Made by a program: the position numbers and the translations under genes. The notes beneath the pieces were generated by a model. The model ran no database searches and was not told the origin of the DNA. It saw only the letters and a list, made by a program, of their open reading frames with translations. A stretch of DNA of 64,000 bases, taken from contig OY969934.1 of NCBI GenBank assembly GCA_963704725.1, positions 32,001 to 96,000 on the forward strand, written 5' to 3'. Shown here one piece after another: positions 27,389 through 36,336 of the stretch; within the stretch, counting starts at the first letter, position 1; the number at the start of each line of letters is the position of its first letter. The DNA is from an uncultured Actinomycetes bacterium. Its GTDB lineage: Bacteria > Actinomycetota > UBA4738 > HRBIN12.

Positions 27389-28813
27389 TCAGCGCTCGAT
27401 CGGCACCGCCTCCTCCGATCCCGCGTCCTCGGCGCACGAGACCGTCACGCGCACGATCGCCTTCGGGCCCGCGGCCGGCACCTCCGTGATCGACACGCAC
27501 GTCGGCGCGCCGGCGAAGGAGAGCGAGCTCGGCGTCGTGGTCGCGTCGAGCGCGGTGTTGCCCAGGGCGCCGGGGTACGGATCGCCCGCGTCGCCGCGGT
27601 TCCTCGCCGACTCGAGATCCCGCGTCCCGTCGGCCTGCAGCAGCCCGACGCGGTAGTGGAGCTCGTTGGAGTTGTCCTCCATCGCGTCGTCCACGTGGTA
27701 GACGAGGAGGCCCTCGCCGGGCAGCCCGGCGTCGAACCGGTCTCGGAGCCGGTTCTCCACCAGGAAGTACTCCTCGCCCCCCAGACCGTCCTTCCACAGC
27801 CGGAAGACCGTGGTGGTGTCCTTCACCTCGACCACCTCGATCACCCCGTTCGTGGTCGGCGTCACCACGGTGACCCACCCCTGCGTCGCCTTGCACCAGG
27901 CGGACGGGTGCGCGGGGACGTCGCCCTCCCCGTTCCAGCTCCCGCCGGCCATGAGACACCAGTTCCCCAGTCCCTCCGAGCTGCCGTCGACGTCGTACAG
28001 GTCCGGCCACCCGAACAGCAGGTGACCGAGCTCGTGGCAGCACACGCCCGCGCGGCAGTTCTCGGCGACGGTCAGGTACGCGAACGCCTTCGTCCCGTCG
28101 AGCGGGAGGGCACCGCCCTCGAGGACCCATTTGTGCGCCCAGATGTCGCCGGACCGGCCCGTCTCGGCGGCCTCGGCCCCGGCGTGGATCACGACGAAGG
28201 CGTCGACGAAGCCGTCGCCGTCGTTGTCGTACGCGGTGAAGTCGATGTCGGCGTCGGCCGCGGTCGCCGCGTCCCGGGCCATGGTCCGGGCGTTCGGACC
28301 CTCCGCGCTCATGCCCGACTCGCCATGCGCGTACTCGGCGAGCGTCCTGGGCATGCGGTAGGGGCCGACGACCTGCCCCTCCACGTCGACGAGGCCGTCG
28401 CTGACCTCCCGGTAGTACTCGCGGACGCTGCCGTGCTCCAGCGATCCGATCGAGAAGAAGAGATCCTCGATCTCGGCCTTCGGGCGGGTCAGCTGCCGAT
28501 CGTCGAAGTCGGCCAGGACCACGATCACGCGGATCGTGCCGCGGAGCGGCGCCCGTTCGAGCGACGCCCGCCGCACGGCCTGGAGCGAGGTCCCCACGGG
28601 GAACTCGGTACCGGGGATCAACACGCCGTCGTTCAACCCGGGCCGAGCGGGCTCGCGGATGCGGAGGAAGTTGAACAGCGTGCCGAGCTCGCCGTTCGCC
28701 GAGGATCGGATCGAGTCAAGACGATCCCGCATCCGGCGCTTGAGCTCTGGGTGTGGCGGCACTGGGGACGGACCTCGGATCCCCGCGCCGGCCATCGGCC
28801 TTCGATGCATCAT
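27389..28813 (-). CDS. M6 family (immune inhibitor A-like) zinc metalloprotease
   Basis: SV..YY.EVS, DF..YDNDGDG.VD, IHAG, IWAHKW, HELGH..GWPDLYD, CLM..GSW, EYFLVENR; GGAGG RBS before ATG 28813. Confidence 0.92.
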   Translation of the reverse strand: MMHRRPMAGAGIRGPSPVPPHPELKRRMRDRLDSIRSSANGELGTLFNFLRIREPARPGLNDGVLIPGTEFPVGTSLQAVRRASLERAPLRGTIRVIVVLADFDDRQLTRPKAEIEDLFFSIGSLEHGSVREYYREVSDGLVDVEGQVVGPYRMPRTLAEYAHGESGMSAEGPNARTMARDAATAADADIDFTAYDNDGDGFVDAFVVIHAGAEAAETGRSGDIWAHKWVLEGGALPLDGTKAFAYLTVAENCRAGVCCHELGHLLFGWPDLYDVDGSSEGLGNWCLMAGGSWNGEGDVPAHPSAWCKATQGWVTVVTPTTNGVIEVVEVKDTTTVFRLWKDGLGGEEYFLVENRLRDRFDAGLPGEGLLVYHVDDAMEDNSNELHYRVGLLQADGTRDLESARNRGDAGDPYPGALGNTALDATTTPSSLSFAGAPTCVSITEVPAAGPKAIVRVTVSCAEDAGSEEAVPIER

Positions 28814-28967
28814 CCACCTCCCGCTATGGGGTCTCACGGGCAGCCGACTCCTACGCGAGAACGTCCGAACGGATCCGCTAGGCCTCACCTTCCCCGGACC
28901 GAGCGGGCGGTGGGATGGCTTCCGCCCGTTCGCCCCTACCCGCGGCGCCCTCGGCGCCGAGACGCGA

Positions 28968-28997
28968 ACTGTCACCCGCGCTTGCGCTTCCTGTCAA
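28968..28997 (-). promoter_or_regulatory. SigA-like promoter about 150 bp upstream of the M6 protease
   Basis: Minus strand TTGACA-N18-GACAGT. Confidence 0.5.
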
Positions 28998-29081
28998 CTC
29001 CCGAAGCGCGCGCCACGCACGGCTGTAGGCCGAATGGGCGTATGACGATTCCCATCAAGGAAACGAGCGGTCGCTCGAGCG

Positions 29082-29996
29082 CTACGCGGGGGCCGGCGGC
29101 GGGGGGATGAGCGCCGGCCCCGGCACGGCCGGTCGCCGCCGCGACGAGACGGCGAGGAGGCCCAGGCCGAGGATCGACGCGAGCAACCACGCGAGGCCAC
29201 CGGCCACCGGGATCAGCCCGATGCCACGCAGGATCGCCCATCCGGCCAGGTACGCGGCGAAGCGCGACGAGGGCGGCTTCACGAGGAGCCGGCCGATGCC
29301 GTGGGCCCCGGCCACGTACCCCACGGTGTACAGGAGCGCCAGGCCGAGCAGGACGAACACGCCGAGGGGGATCCCCACGATCGTGACCAGGAGCACGACC
29401 GCCCCGATCGGGACGAGGAAGAACAGAGCGGCGCCGACGCCGAACCCCGCGCCCATCCGGTTCCGGGCGGCCCCGGCGAGCGCGCCGTCGAGCGCCGGCG
29501 CGAACGCCAGCAGGAGCCCGCCGAGGACGAGGGTCGAGACGGAGTAGGCGATCCACCACGCGAACCGCGTCGCGAGGCCGAGGCCCTTGACGTCGAATCG
29601 CGCGGCGATGCCGCGGACGGCGCCGCGGACGACCGCGCCGTCCTCGATCGTGGGATCCTCGCGGCTGCGAACGTCGCCGCCGACCTCGGCGCCGGACCGG
29701 ATCACGACCGATCCGTTGACGACCACCACGTCCCCGCCGATGGTCCCCGCGATCTCCGTTCGGCCGTTGAGGACGACCAGCGTCTCGCGCACGGTGCCCT
29801 CGATCGTCGCCGGCCCGTTCAGGATCACGGCGGTGTCCACCGTCTCGCCTGAGGGGACGTCCAGCGTTCCCGTGATCACGATCTGATCGCGGACGTCGTC
29901 GGCCGACTGCCCGGCGGCGACCTGCGCGAACAGCCCGACGAGGAACAGCCCGACGACCGAGACCAGCACCGCCGCGCGCCGTGTGATCCCTCGCAT
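29082..29996 (-). CDS. Membrane protein with beta-helix (bactofilin-like) N-domain and about 5 TM segments
   Basis: Signal peptide, repeated V.GDVVV.NG.V.I units, hydrophobic C-half with TIVGIPLG. Confidence 0.7.
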   Translation of the reverse strand: MRGITRRAAVLVSVVGLFLVGLFAQVAAGQSADDVRDQIVITGTLDVPSGETVDTAVILNGPATIEGTVRETLVVLNGRTEIAGTIGGDVVVVNGSVVIRSGAEVGGDVRSREDPTIEDGAVVRGAVRGIAARFDVKGLGLATRFAWWIAYSVSTLVLGGLLLAFAPALDGALAGAARNRMGAGFGVGAALFFLVPIGAVVLLVTIVGIPLGVFVLLGLALLYTVGYVAGAHGIGRLLVKPPSSRFAAYLAGWAILRGIGLIPVAGGLAWLLASILGLGLLAVSSRRRPAVPGPALIPPPPAPA

Positions 29997-30077
29997 CGCG
30001 ACCTCCTCGCCCGAGCGCCCTTCCCGCCTCCAGCCTATGGCAGCGGGCGGCCTCGAGCGGCGGGTCGCGCTGCGCCG

Positions 30078-30944
30078 TCAGATCGATGCGCCCGAGAGCT
30101 GCTGCGCGATCGGCAGCGCCTGGTCGATCGCGATGGCGAACCCGATGTTCTCGGCGGAAGACGCCGATGCGCCCGCGGTGTTGATCCCCACGAGCCGGCC
30201 GTTCGCGTCGATCAGAGGGCCTCCCGAGTTGCCGGGGTTGATCGCGGCATCGGTCTGCAGCAACCCCTCGAGGTGCTCCACGGCCTGCCCCGTCGAGACG
30301 TCGATCGAGCGATCGAGGCCGGACACAATGCCGGCGGTCGCGGTGCTGCCGAGCCCGAGCGGGTAGCCGAGGGCCACCACCGTGTCACCGAGCTCGAGGC
30401 CCGAGGACGACCCGATGGTGATGGCCGGCCTCCCGCCGGTGTCGACGGAGAGAACCGCGAGGTCGTGCGTCGCGTCGGTCCCCAGGACGGTCGCGGTGCT
30501 CCGACCGCCCTCGTCGCCGAAGGAGACCGTGACCTGCGAGGCGCCGTCCACGACGTGGGCGTTCGTGAGGACGATGCCGTCCGCCACGATGACGCCAGAA
30601 CCCTGGCTCTCGGCCTGAGCCGAGCCCCCGAACGGGGTCGCCACCGTCGAGGTGGCACGGACGGCCACGACGGATCGCAGCGCCGTGTCGATCACGCCGG
30701 GCAGGGTGCTCGAGGTCGAGCTCGCCGCCGTGCTCTCCAACCGCGAGCCGACGGTGTCGCTCGCGGCGTCGGTCCCGCCGCTCGCCCGGCCGACGATCAC
30801 CCCGCCCTCGATCAGGCTCACCGCCGCGAGGGCGACGACGAGTGGATCGAGCCACCTGCGCGCCCGGCGTCGGCGAGGGGGCGGCTGGGGAAGGCTCGCC
30901 GGGATGTCGGCACGGTTCTCCCCGAGCGGTTCGAGTTCGTCCAT
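30078..30944 (-). CDS. Membrane-anchored S1C (HtrA-like) serine protease without PDZ
   Basis: TNAHV, DLAVL, QTDAAINPGNSGGPL; N-terminal TM; GGAGG RBS; ends right after protease domain. Confidence 0.92.
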   Translation of the reverse strand: MDELEPLGENRADIPASLPQPPPRRRRARRWLDPLVVALAAVSLIEGGVIVGRASGGTDAASDTVGSRLESTAASSTSSTLPGVIDTALRSVVAVRATSTVATPFGGSAQAESQGSGVIVADGIVLTNAHVVDGASQVTVSFGDEGGRSTATVLGTDATHDLAVLSVDTGGRPAITIGSSSGLELGDTVVALGYPLGLGSTATAGIVSGLDRSIDVSTGQAVEHLEGLLQTDAAINPGNSGGPLIDANGRLVGINTAGASASSAENIGFAIAIDQALPIAQQLSGASI

Positions 30945-30995
30945 GGCGAGACCTCCGATCGTCCGTCGCATGTGCGGACAGCTCACATCGCGCAG

Positions 30996-31034
30996 ATGTG
31001 GGCTCGCTGGGAAGGGCATGAAGGTTCACTGAGA
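30996..31034 (-). promoter_or_regulatory. MprA/OmpR-type direct-repeat box upstream of the HtrA-like gene
   Basis: Plus-strand ATGTGG 30996, CTGGGA 31007, ATGAAG 31018, CTGAGA 31029 at exact 11-bp period. Confidence 0.6.
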
Positions 31035-31132
31035 CCTGCGCCGCCCGTACGACGCAGACGCCGCCGGGAGCACCGGCGGCGTCTGCGTCGTCCTCGCGCC
31101 ACGCGCTCGGGAACCGACGGGGAGCGAGGGGC

Positions 31133-31489
31133 TCACGTCGGAGCGTCGGTGGCCGAGGGACCCGGATCGCCCCGGGCCGGGACCTCCGGCGCCGGGGAGG
31201 CGGCGGCGTCACCGCCGGGGGTGGCGAGATCCGCGGCGGCCGAGAGGTAGACGTCGCGCTCGACCTCGCCCCGCGCGTACCGGAGCCGGAGCGCATCGAG
31301 CGCGGGGTCCCGGGGGACCGCGGGGAACGAGCGGGATCCGGCCGCGACGGCCGGGACGCGATCTCGAGAGCGCAGCAGCATGACGACCACCGCGGCCATG
31401 AGGCCGGCGAGCAGAACGATCGGCACGATCCCCCACAGGAACCACCACCCGTCCGAGTGCCCGGCGACGTGGTACGGGAACCGGTTCAT
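31133..31489 (-). CDS. SHOCT domain membrane protein
   Basis: TM then ALDALRLRYARGEV.R..Y; AGGAGG RBS. Confidence 0.85.
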   Translation of the reverse strand: MNRFPYHVAGHSDGWWFLWGIVPIVLLAGLMAAVVVMLLRSRDRVPAVAAGSRSFPAVPRDPALDALRLRYARGEVERDVYLSAAADLATPGGDAAASPAPEVPARGDPGPSATDAPT

Positions 31490-31767
31490 CCTCTGGACCT
31501 CCTTTCCGTACTCATCCCGTATGAGAGCGCCGCGCCCTGAGAGGGAGCCGTGAGCACGCTGAGAACGCGCGATGAGTCCGGCGCGAGCGCGAAGCGTTTC
31601 GTCAGGACGCACCGGGGGTCGCGTCGGACGACGGAGACCTGTTAACGTGTCGCCCGAGGGCACCGATCGCGGTCTTGGCTACGAGCAGTCCCTCGCCCGG
31701 CTGTCACGGCCGGCGCCGTGAAGGGCAGCATCCAGGCCCGGACGGCGGAAGGAAGGAGGGATCGCAC

Positions 31768-31971
31768 GTGGCAACTGGAACCGTGAAGTGGTTCAGCCCC
31801 GAGAAGGGCTTCGGCTTCATCACTCCGGAGGACGGGACCGCCGACGTGTTCGTGCACTTCAGCGCGATCACGGGTGAGGGGTACCGCAACCTGGAGGAGA
31901 ACCAGCGGGTCGAGTACGAGGTGACTCAGGGGCAAAAGGGCCCCCAGGCCGCCAACGTCCGGGCCGTCTAG
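31768..31971 (+). CDS. Cold-shock protein (CspA family)
   Basis: [32 protein letters not shown]; AGGAGG RBS. Confidence 0.98.
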   Translation: MATGTVKWFSPEKGFGFITPEDGTADVFVHFSAITGEGYRNLEENQRVEYEVTQGQKGPQAANVRAV

Positions 31972-31986
31972 AGAGGCCGGAACGAC

Positions 31987-32022
31987 GAGAGACCCGGCGC
32001 ATCGCGCCGGGTCTTCTCTTTT
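31987..32022 (+). terminator. Rho-independent terminator after csp
   Basis: AGACCCGGCGC-ATC-GCGCCGGGTCT followed by TCTCTTTT. Confidence 0.85.
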
Positions 32023-32054
32023 GCCCCGTGTTCGCGAGCGCGTCGCGCGCCGCG

Positions 32055-32276
32055 TCAGACGGTGTCGGTGGCCTCGACCTCGGAGGACTCCTCCAGCTCG
32101 TCGCGCCCCGGAAGCCATTCCTGCTGCTCGGCCGGGCCGATCGGCGGGCCGGGCTCGATCAGGCCGGCCTCGCGATCGCGGCGGCGGCCGGCGCGCGCCA
32201 CGCGGCGCTCCTCGCGGGCCGCGTGCTTCCTCGCCGTGACGTCACGGCGTTTGCGCTTCCCCATGCTCTCGGGCAT
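32055..32276 (-). CDS. Small protein, basic N-half and acidic C-half
   Basis: GAGGAGGAG RBS; MGKRKRR...REERR...EELEESSEVE-type composition. Confidence 0.65.
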   Translation of the reverse strand: MPESMGKRKRRDVTARKHAAREERRVARAGRRRDREAGLIEPGPPIGPAEQQEWLPGRDELEESSEVEATDTV

Positions 32277-32325
32277 ACGCTCCTCCTCGGCGGATCGGTG
32301 TCTCCCCGGACCCTCCGAGCCTCGC

Positions 32326-32517
32326 TCAGAGGGACCGCTGGAGCGGCGGCGCCATCGTCGGCGAGGTGTGTAGGTAGCACCTCACGGACGGGTTGTACGT
32401 CGACAGGACGGTGCTGCAGCCGGGCTCGTCACACCGCCGCCCCCGCCTCGCCGCCTTCGGCGGCCCCTTGCCGCGTTCCGGGGCTCCGAACACGACGCCG
32501 TTGCTCGGTCTGGCCAT
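32326..32517 (-). CDS. Small putative zinc-finger protein (C-x4-C-x12-C-x2-H)
   Basis: GAGGAGG RBS; RRCDEPGCSTVLSTYNPSVRCYLH. Confidence 0.7.
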   Translation of the reverse strand: MARPSNGVVFGAPERGKGPPKAARRGRRCDEPGCSTVLSTYNPSVRCYLHTSPTMAPPLQRSL

Positions 32518-32730
32518 CTCGCCTCCTCGCTGGCGATCACTCGATCTGCGCGAGAGGCGAGTGCACCCAACCCGGGGCCATCCGTCGGTCGCTCGACGCG
32601 AGTCCGGGCGGCGCCCGGTCCACTCCAGGGTACCCGACGAGCCCGGACACCGCGAGAGTCGGCCCGGCGCAACCCTCCTGCGGCTCGACGAGCCGAGGCC
32701 GGGTCGGCGGCCGCCTCCCCCGGGTCGCTC

Positions 32731-33246
32731 CTAGTGCGAGATGCCCACGCCCCCGGGCGTGTCGGCGCCGTACCGATCCTTGTCGCGCTCGAGCTGGAGG
32801 CGTCCGATGCGCTTGCGGCCTTCCAGCGCGGCGTCGTCGAGCAGCTCCTTGGGGATGATCCACGCGACCTCGAACTCGAGGCCGTCGGGGTCGCGCCCGT
32901 AGAGGCTCTTCGTCGTCCCGTGGTCGCTCGCGCCGGTGAGCGCACCGTGCTCGGCGAGCGCCTGGGCCAGCCGCTCGAGCTCGGCCAGGGTATCGACCTC
33001 CCAGGCCAGGTGATAAAGGCCGACCGTGGTTCGTTCCGCGGGCGAAGGACCGGCCTGGGCTCCCATCTCGAACAGCCCGAGATCGTGATCGTTCGTCGAG
33101 CCGGGCGCCTGGAGGAAGGCGGCTCCGGCGAATCCCTCCGGGCCCATCGGGATCACGCGGAACCCGAGAACGTCGGTATAGAACGCGACGCTGCGGCCGA
33201 GTTCGGAGACGTAGAGCACGGCGTGGTTCAGGCGGGTGATCGGCAT
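32731..33246 (-). CDS. VOC family protein
   Basis: LNHAVLYV, FY..VLGF, HDLGL, GLYHLAWEV, SLY..DPDG.EFEV. Confidence 0.9.
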   Translation of the reverse strand: MPITRLNHAVLYVSELGRSVAFYTDVLGFRVIPMGPEGFAGAAFLQAPGSTNDHDLGLFEMGAQAGPSPAERTTVGLYHLAWEVDTLAELERLAQALAEHGALTGASDHGTTKSLYGRDPDGLEFEVAWIIPKELLDDAALEGRKRIGRLQLERDKDRYGADTPGGVGISH

Positions 33247-33355
33247 GCCGTCACGGTATCGAACGAGGCCGGAGCCGGGAAGCCTCACCCGTGAGCCCAT
33301 GGTCCCCCTCCGGCCCTCGGTGGCGCGACCGCCGGACGGGGTACGTTCGAGACCG

Positions 33356-34270
33356 ATGGAGCGGCGCCGGCTGGGACGTCTGGGACACGAGAGCAGCGTG
33401 CTGATCTACGGTGGGGCGGCGCTATCCGACGTCTCGCAAGAGGTGGCCGACCGGTCGATCCGACTCGCGCTCGAGGCCGGGATCAACCACGTCGACACCG
33501 CCGCCGGCTACGGAGAGTCCGAGCTCCGGCTCGGCCCGTGGATGCGGAGGATCCGGGATCGCATCTTCCTGGCCACGAAGACCGGCGAGGCCTCGGCGGC
33601 CGGCGCGTACGAGGGCATCCGCCGCTCGCTGGAGCGGCTGCGCGTGGATCGCGTCGACCTCATCCAGCTTCATTCCGTGGGCGATCTCGACGACCTCGAC
33701 CGTCGCACCCGAGCCGGCGGGGCGCTCGAGGGCGCGATCCGGGCGCGGGACGAGGACCTCGTCGGCGGGATCGGCATCACGGGCCACGGCATGCGGGTGC
33801 CGGCCGTCCATCTCGAGGCGCTCCGGCGATTCCCGTTCGACACCGTGCTGACCCCGTACAGCTACCGGCTCTCGCGATTCCCCGAGTACGTGCGCGACTT
33901 CGAGGCGCTGGTGCGAGAGATCCGGCGGCAGGACGCGGCGCTGATGCTCATCAAGGCCGTGGCCCGCAACCAGTGGCGAGCGGGACAGGAGCCGACGTTC
34001 TCCACGTGGTACGAGCCGCTCGACGAGCAGCGCTCGATCGACGCCGCGATCGCGTTCGCGCTCGGTCGCCGCGAGGCGACGGGGCTCTGCACGGCGGGCG
34101 ACGTCCGGCTCCTGCCGATGCTGATCGAGGCGGAGCGGCGGGTCGCCTCGATCTCGCCCGAGGAGGCCGAGGCCGTCCTCGAGCGGGTGCCCGAGCTCGA
34201 ACCGCCGTTCCTGCGGCTCGAGGGGCGGGTCGCCCCCGATTGGCTCGAGCACCTCCTCGAGAGCCGGTAG
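33356..34270 (+). CDS. Aldo/keto reductase
   Basis: RRLGR.G, GIN..DTA..YG.SE, LATK, SL.RL..D.VDL.QLH, IGITGH. Confidence 0.92.
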   Translation: MERRRLGRLGHESSVLIYGGAALSDVSQEVADRSIRLALEAGINHVDTAAGYGESELRLGPWMRRIRDRIFLATKTGEASAAGAYEGIRRSLERLRVDRVDLIQLHSVGDLDDLDRRTRAGGALEGAIRARDEDLVGGIGITGHGMRVPAVHLEALRRFPFDTVLTPYSYRLSRFPEYVRDFEALVREIRRQDAALMLIKAVARNQWRAGQEPTFSTWYEPLDEQRSIDAAIAFALGRREATGLCTAGDVRLLPMLIEAERRVASISPEEAEAVLERVPELEPPFLRLEGRVAPDWLEHLLESR

Positions 34271-34290
34271 CTATCCGACCGGCCGGGGGT

Positions 34291-34764
34291 CTAGCGACCG
34301 GCCGCCGACAGCCCGAATCGCACGACCGCCCGGTTCGCCGCCGCGACCAGGAGGTCTTCGCGGGTCGGCGCCCGATCCTCGGGAAGGCCAAGGTAGAACC
34401 GGCGGGCGAGACCGGGTCCGAAGCGCCGGAGGAATTCGTCCAGGAGGGCGGCTCGCTCCTCGACGTCCTCCACGACGGTGGGCACGGCGTCGAGCCACCG
34501 CCCTCGGATCCGCAACCGGACGGGACCCCCGTCGCGCAGGCTCCGCCACCATCCCGCCGAGCTGAACGCGACGACCGTGTTCTCGTCCCACCGGAAGTAG
34601 CCGACCGGCGTCGTGTACTCGCGTCCGGACCTGCGACCCGTGTACTCGAGGAGCATGAGGCGGCCACTCAGGATGCGATGCAGCGGAGACCGAAGCACTG
34701 GGCGCACGAACGGGTTGATCGCCTCCAGGAGGCGCAGCGGAGGCCGCCGGGGCGAGGCGGTCAC
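34291..34764 (-). CDS. Nitroreductase/deazaflavin (DUF385-like) split-barrel protein
   Basis: NP.VR..LRSPLH, L...GRRSGR.Y.TPV, WWR.L; GTGA-coupled to XRE gene. Confidence 0.75.
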   Translation of the reverse strand: MTASPRRPPLRLLEAINPFVRPVLRSPLHRILSGRLMLLEYTGRRSGREYTTPVGYFRWDENTVVAFSSAGWWRSLRDGGPVRLRIRGRWLDAVPTVVEDVEERAALLDEFLRRFGPGLARRFYLGLPEDRAPTREDLLVAAANRAVVRFGLSAAGR

Positions 34765-35447
34765 GGCTCTCGTCGGGCTCGCGGCCCTCCTCGAGGCGTT
34801 CCCGTCGGCGATCTCCGGCGTGGAGATGGCGGCGGAGCCTGCTCGAGCGGGCCGACCGAGCCCCCGCCGGGTGGCTCGAGCACCACCATCACCATCCCCA
34901 GCCGGCCCCGTCCGGCGTTGCGGTAGGCGTGCGGCGCATGGGCGGAGAACCGGACGGCCGTCCCCTCCTCGATCACGTGACGCTCGCCCGACACCCGGAG
35001 CTCCAGGGTGCCGTGACGGACGTGGACGATCTCCCACGTCCCGGCGCGGTGGGCGTCGCTCTCGAGCGAACCGCCGCGCTCGAGCGACCAGTCCCACAGC
35101 TCGACGTGCGACCCCGCGATCCACTCGGCCACGGCGACCAGGGACAGCTCTCCCGACTCCCCCGTCCGCAGGCGGGGGGCCCGCTCGGGGGGGAACAGGG
35201 TGACGGCCGCGGCCGCGGGCCGCTCGAGCAGCCGCGTGAGCGGGATGCCGAGGCCGTCGGCCACCTTCAGCAGCGTGCCGATGCTCGGATTGGCCCGGGC
35301 CTGCTCGATCTGCACGACGATGCCTTTGCTCACGCCGCTGCGGGCGGCGAGCTCGTCGAGCGACCAGCCCACCCCGGTCCGGGCGCGATGCACGTTGTCG
35401 GCGATCGCGCGCCCGACGTCTCCCTCCTCCCTCGTGGCTCCGTTCAC
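34761..35447 (-). CDS. XRE-family HTH plus cupin regulator
   Basis: SLDELA.RSGVSK....QIE....NPSI.TL; cupin H..G..E...H.Y.N. Confidence 0.9.
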   Translation of the reverse strand: MNGATREEGDVGRAIADNVHRARTGVGWSLDELAARSGVSKGIVVQIEQARANPSIGTLLKVADGLGIPLTRLLERPAAAAVTLFPPERAPRLRTGESGELSLVAVAEWIAGSHVELWDWSLERGGSLESDAHRAGTWEIVHVRHGTLELRVSGERHVIEEGTAVRFSAHAPHAYRNAGRGRLGMVMVVLEPPGGGSVGPLEQAPPPSPRRRSPTGTPRGGPRARREP

Positions 35448-35453
35448 CGTTCG

Positions 35454-35467
35454 GTCATTATACTGAC
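35454..35467. promoter_or_regulatory. Palindromic operator containing back-to-back -10 boxes
   Basis: GTCA-TTATAC-TGAC; TATACT on plus, TATAAT on minus, between divergent XRE and EamA genes. Confidence 0.6.
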
Positions 35468-35499
35468 TGCATGGTCATCCCCATGGCGATCGGAGCAGC

Positions 35500-36336
35500 G
35501 TGCTCGCGGTCCTGATGTCCGCCGCGGCCGCCGCGATGTACGGGGCGGCCGACTTCCTCGGCGGCCGGTCCGCGGCCCGGTGGAACGCGCTGCGCGCCAC
35601 CGCCGTGTCCCAGGTCTCGGGGGTGCCCGTGCTGATCGCCGGCCTCGCGCTCGTCGACGCGCCCGCGGTTCGGGCGGCCGACCTGTGGTGGGGAGCCGCG
35701 GCGGGGGTTTCGGGGATCGCCGGCATCGCGCTGTACTACCACGCGCTGTCGATCGGCCCGATGTCGGTCGCCGCTCCCGTCGCGGCGGTCGTGTCCGCGG
35801 TCGTCCCGCTCGCCACCGGCGTCGCGGGCGGAGAGCGACCGGGCTCGGCCGCGCTCCTCGGCGTGGCCGTCGGCGTGACCGCGGTCGGGCTCCTCAGCGC
35901 GCCACCGCGCCGGAGGTCGGAGCGCGCGAGCCGCCGGGCGGTCGTGCCGGCCCTGCTCGGCGGGGCCGGCTTCGGCGGCTTCTACGCGCTGCTCGCACAC
36001 GCGTCGGCGAGCTCCGGGCTCTGGCCGCTCCTGCCCGAGCGCATCCTGGCCCTCGTCGTCCTCGTCCCGATCGCCGTCGCCCTGCGGCCCGCCGCCTCGG
36101 CCGGCGGAGCGCTCACCCTCGCGGTCGGGGCCGGCCTCACCGACATGGCGGCGAACGTCCTGTTCCTGCTCGCCACGCACCGCGAGCTGCTCTCGATCGT
36201 CGGCGTCATCGTCGCCATGTACCCGGCGAGCACGGTCGTGCTGGCCCGATGGGTCCTGGGGGAACGGCTGCACCGGCTCCAGCTCGCCGGGATCGCGCTC
36301 GCCGGCGCGGCCCTCGCCCTCATCGCCGCATCCTGA
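35500..36336 (+). CDS. EamA/DMT family transporter
   Basis: YGAADFLGG, GPMSVAAP, GERP, YPA.TV.LA..VLGERL; about 10 TM. Confidence 0.88.
   Translation: MLAVLMSAAAAAMYGAADFLGGRSAARWNALRATAVSQVSGVPVLIAGLALVDAPAVRAADLWWGAAAGVSGIAGIALYYHALSIGPMSVAAPVAAVVSAVVPLATGVAGGERPGSAALLGVAVGVTAVGLLSAPPRRRSERASRRAVVPALLGGAGFGGFYALLAHASASSGLWPLLPERILALVVLVPIAVALRPAASAGGALTLAVGAGLTDMAANVLFLLATHRELLSIVGVIVAMYPASTVVLARWVLGERLHRLQLAGIALAGAALALIAAS

Noticed and set aside
28830-28945. Firm call of a c-di-GMP-I riboswitch
   Set aside because: GNRA tetraloop/receptor and GACGCAAAGC core are not recognisable; kept only as an unassigned structured leader
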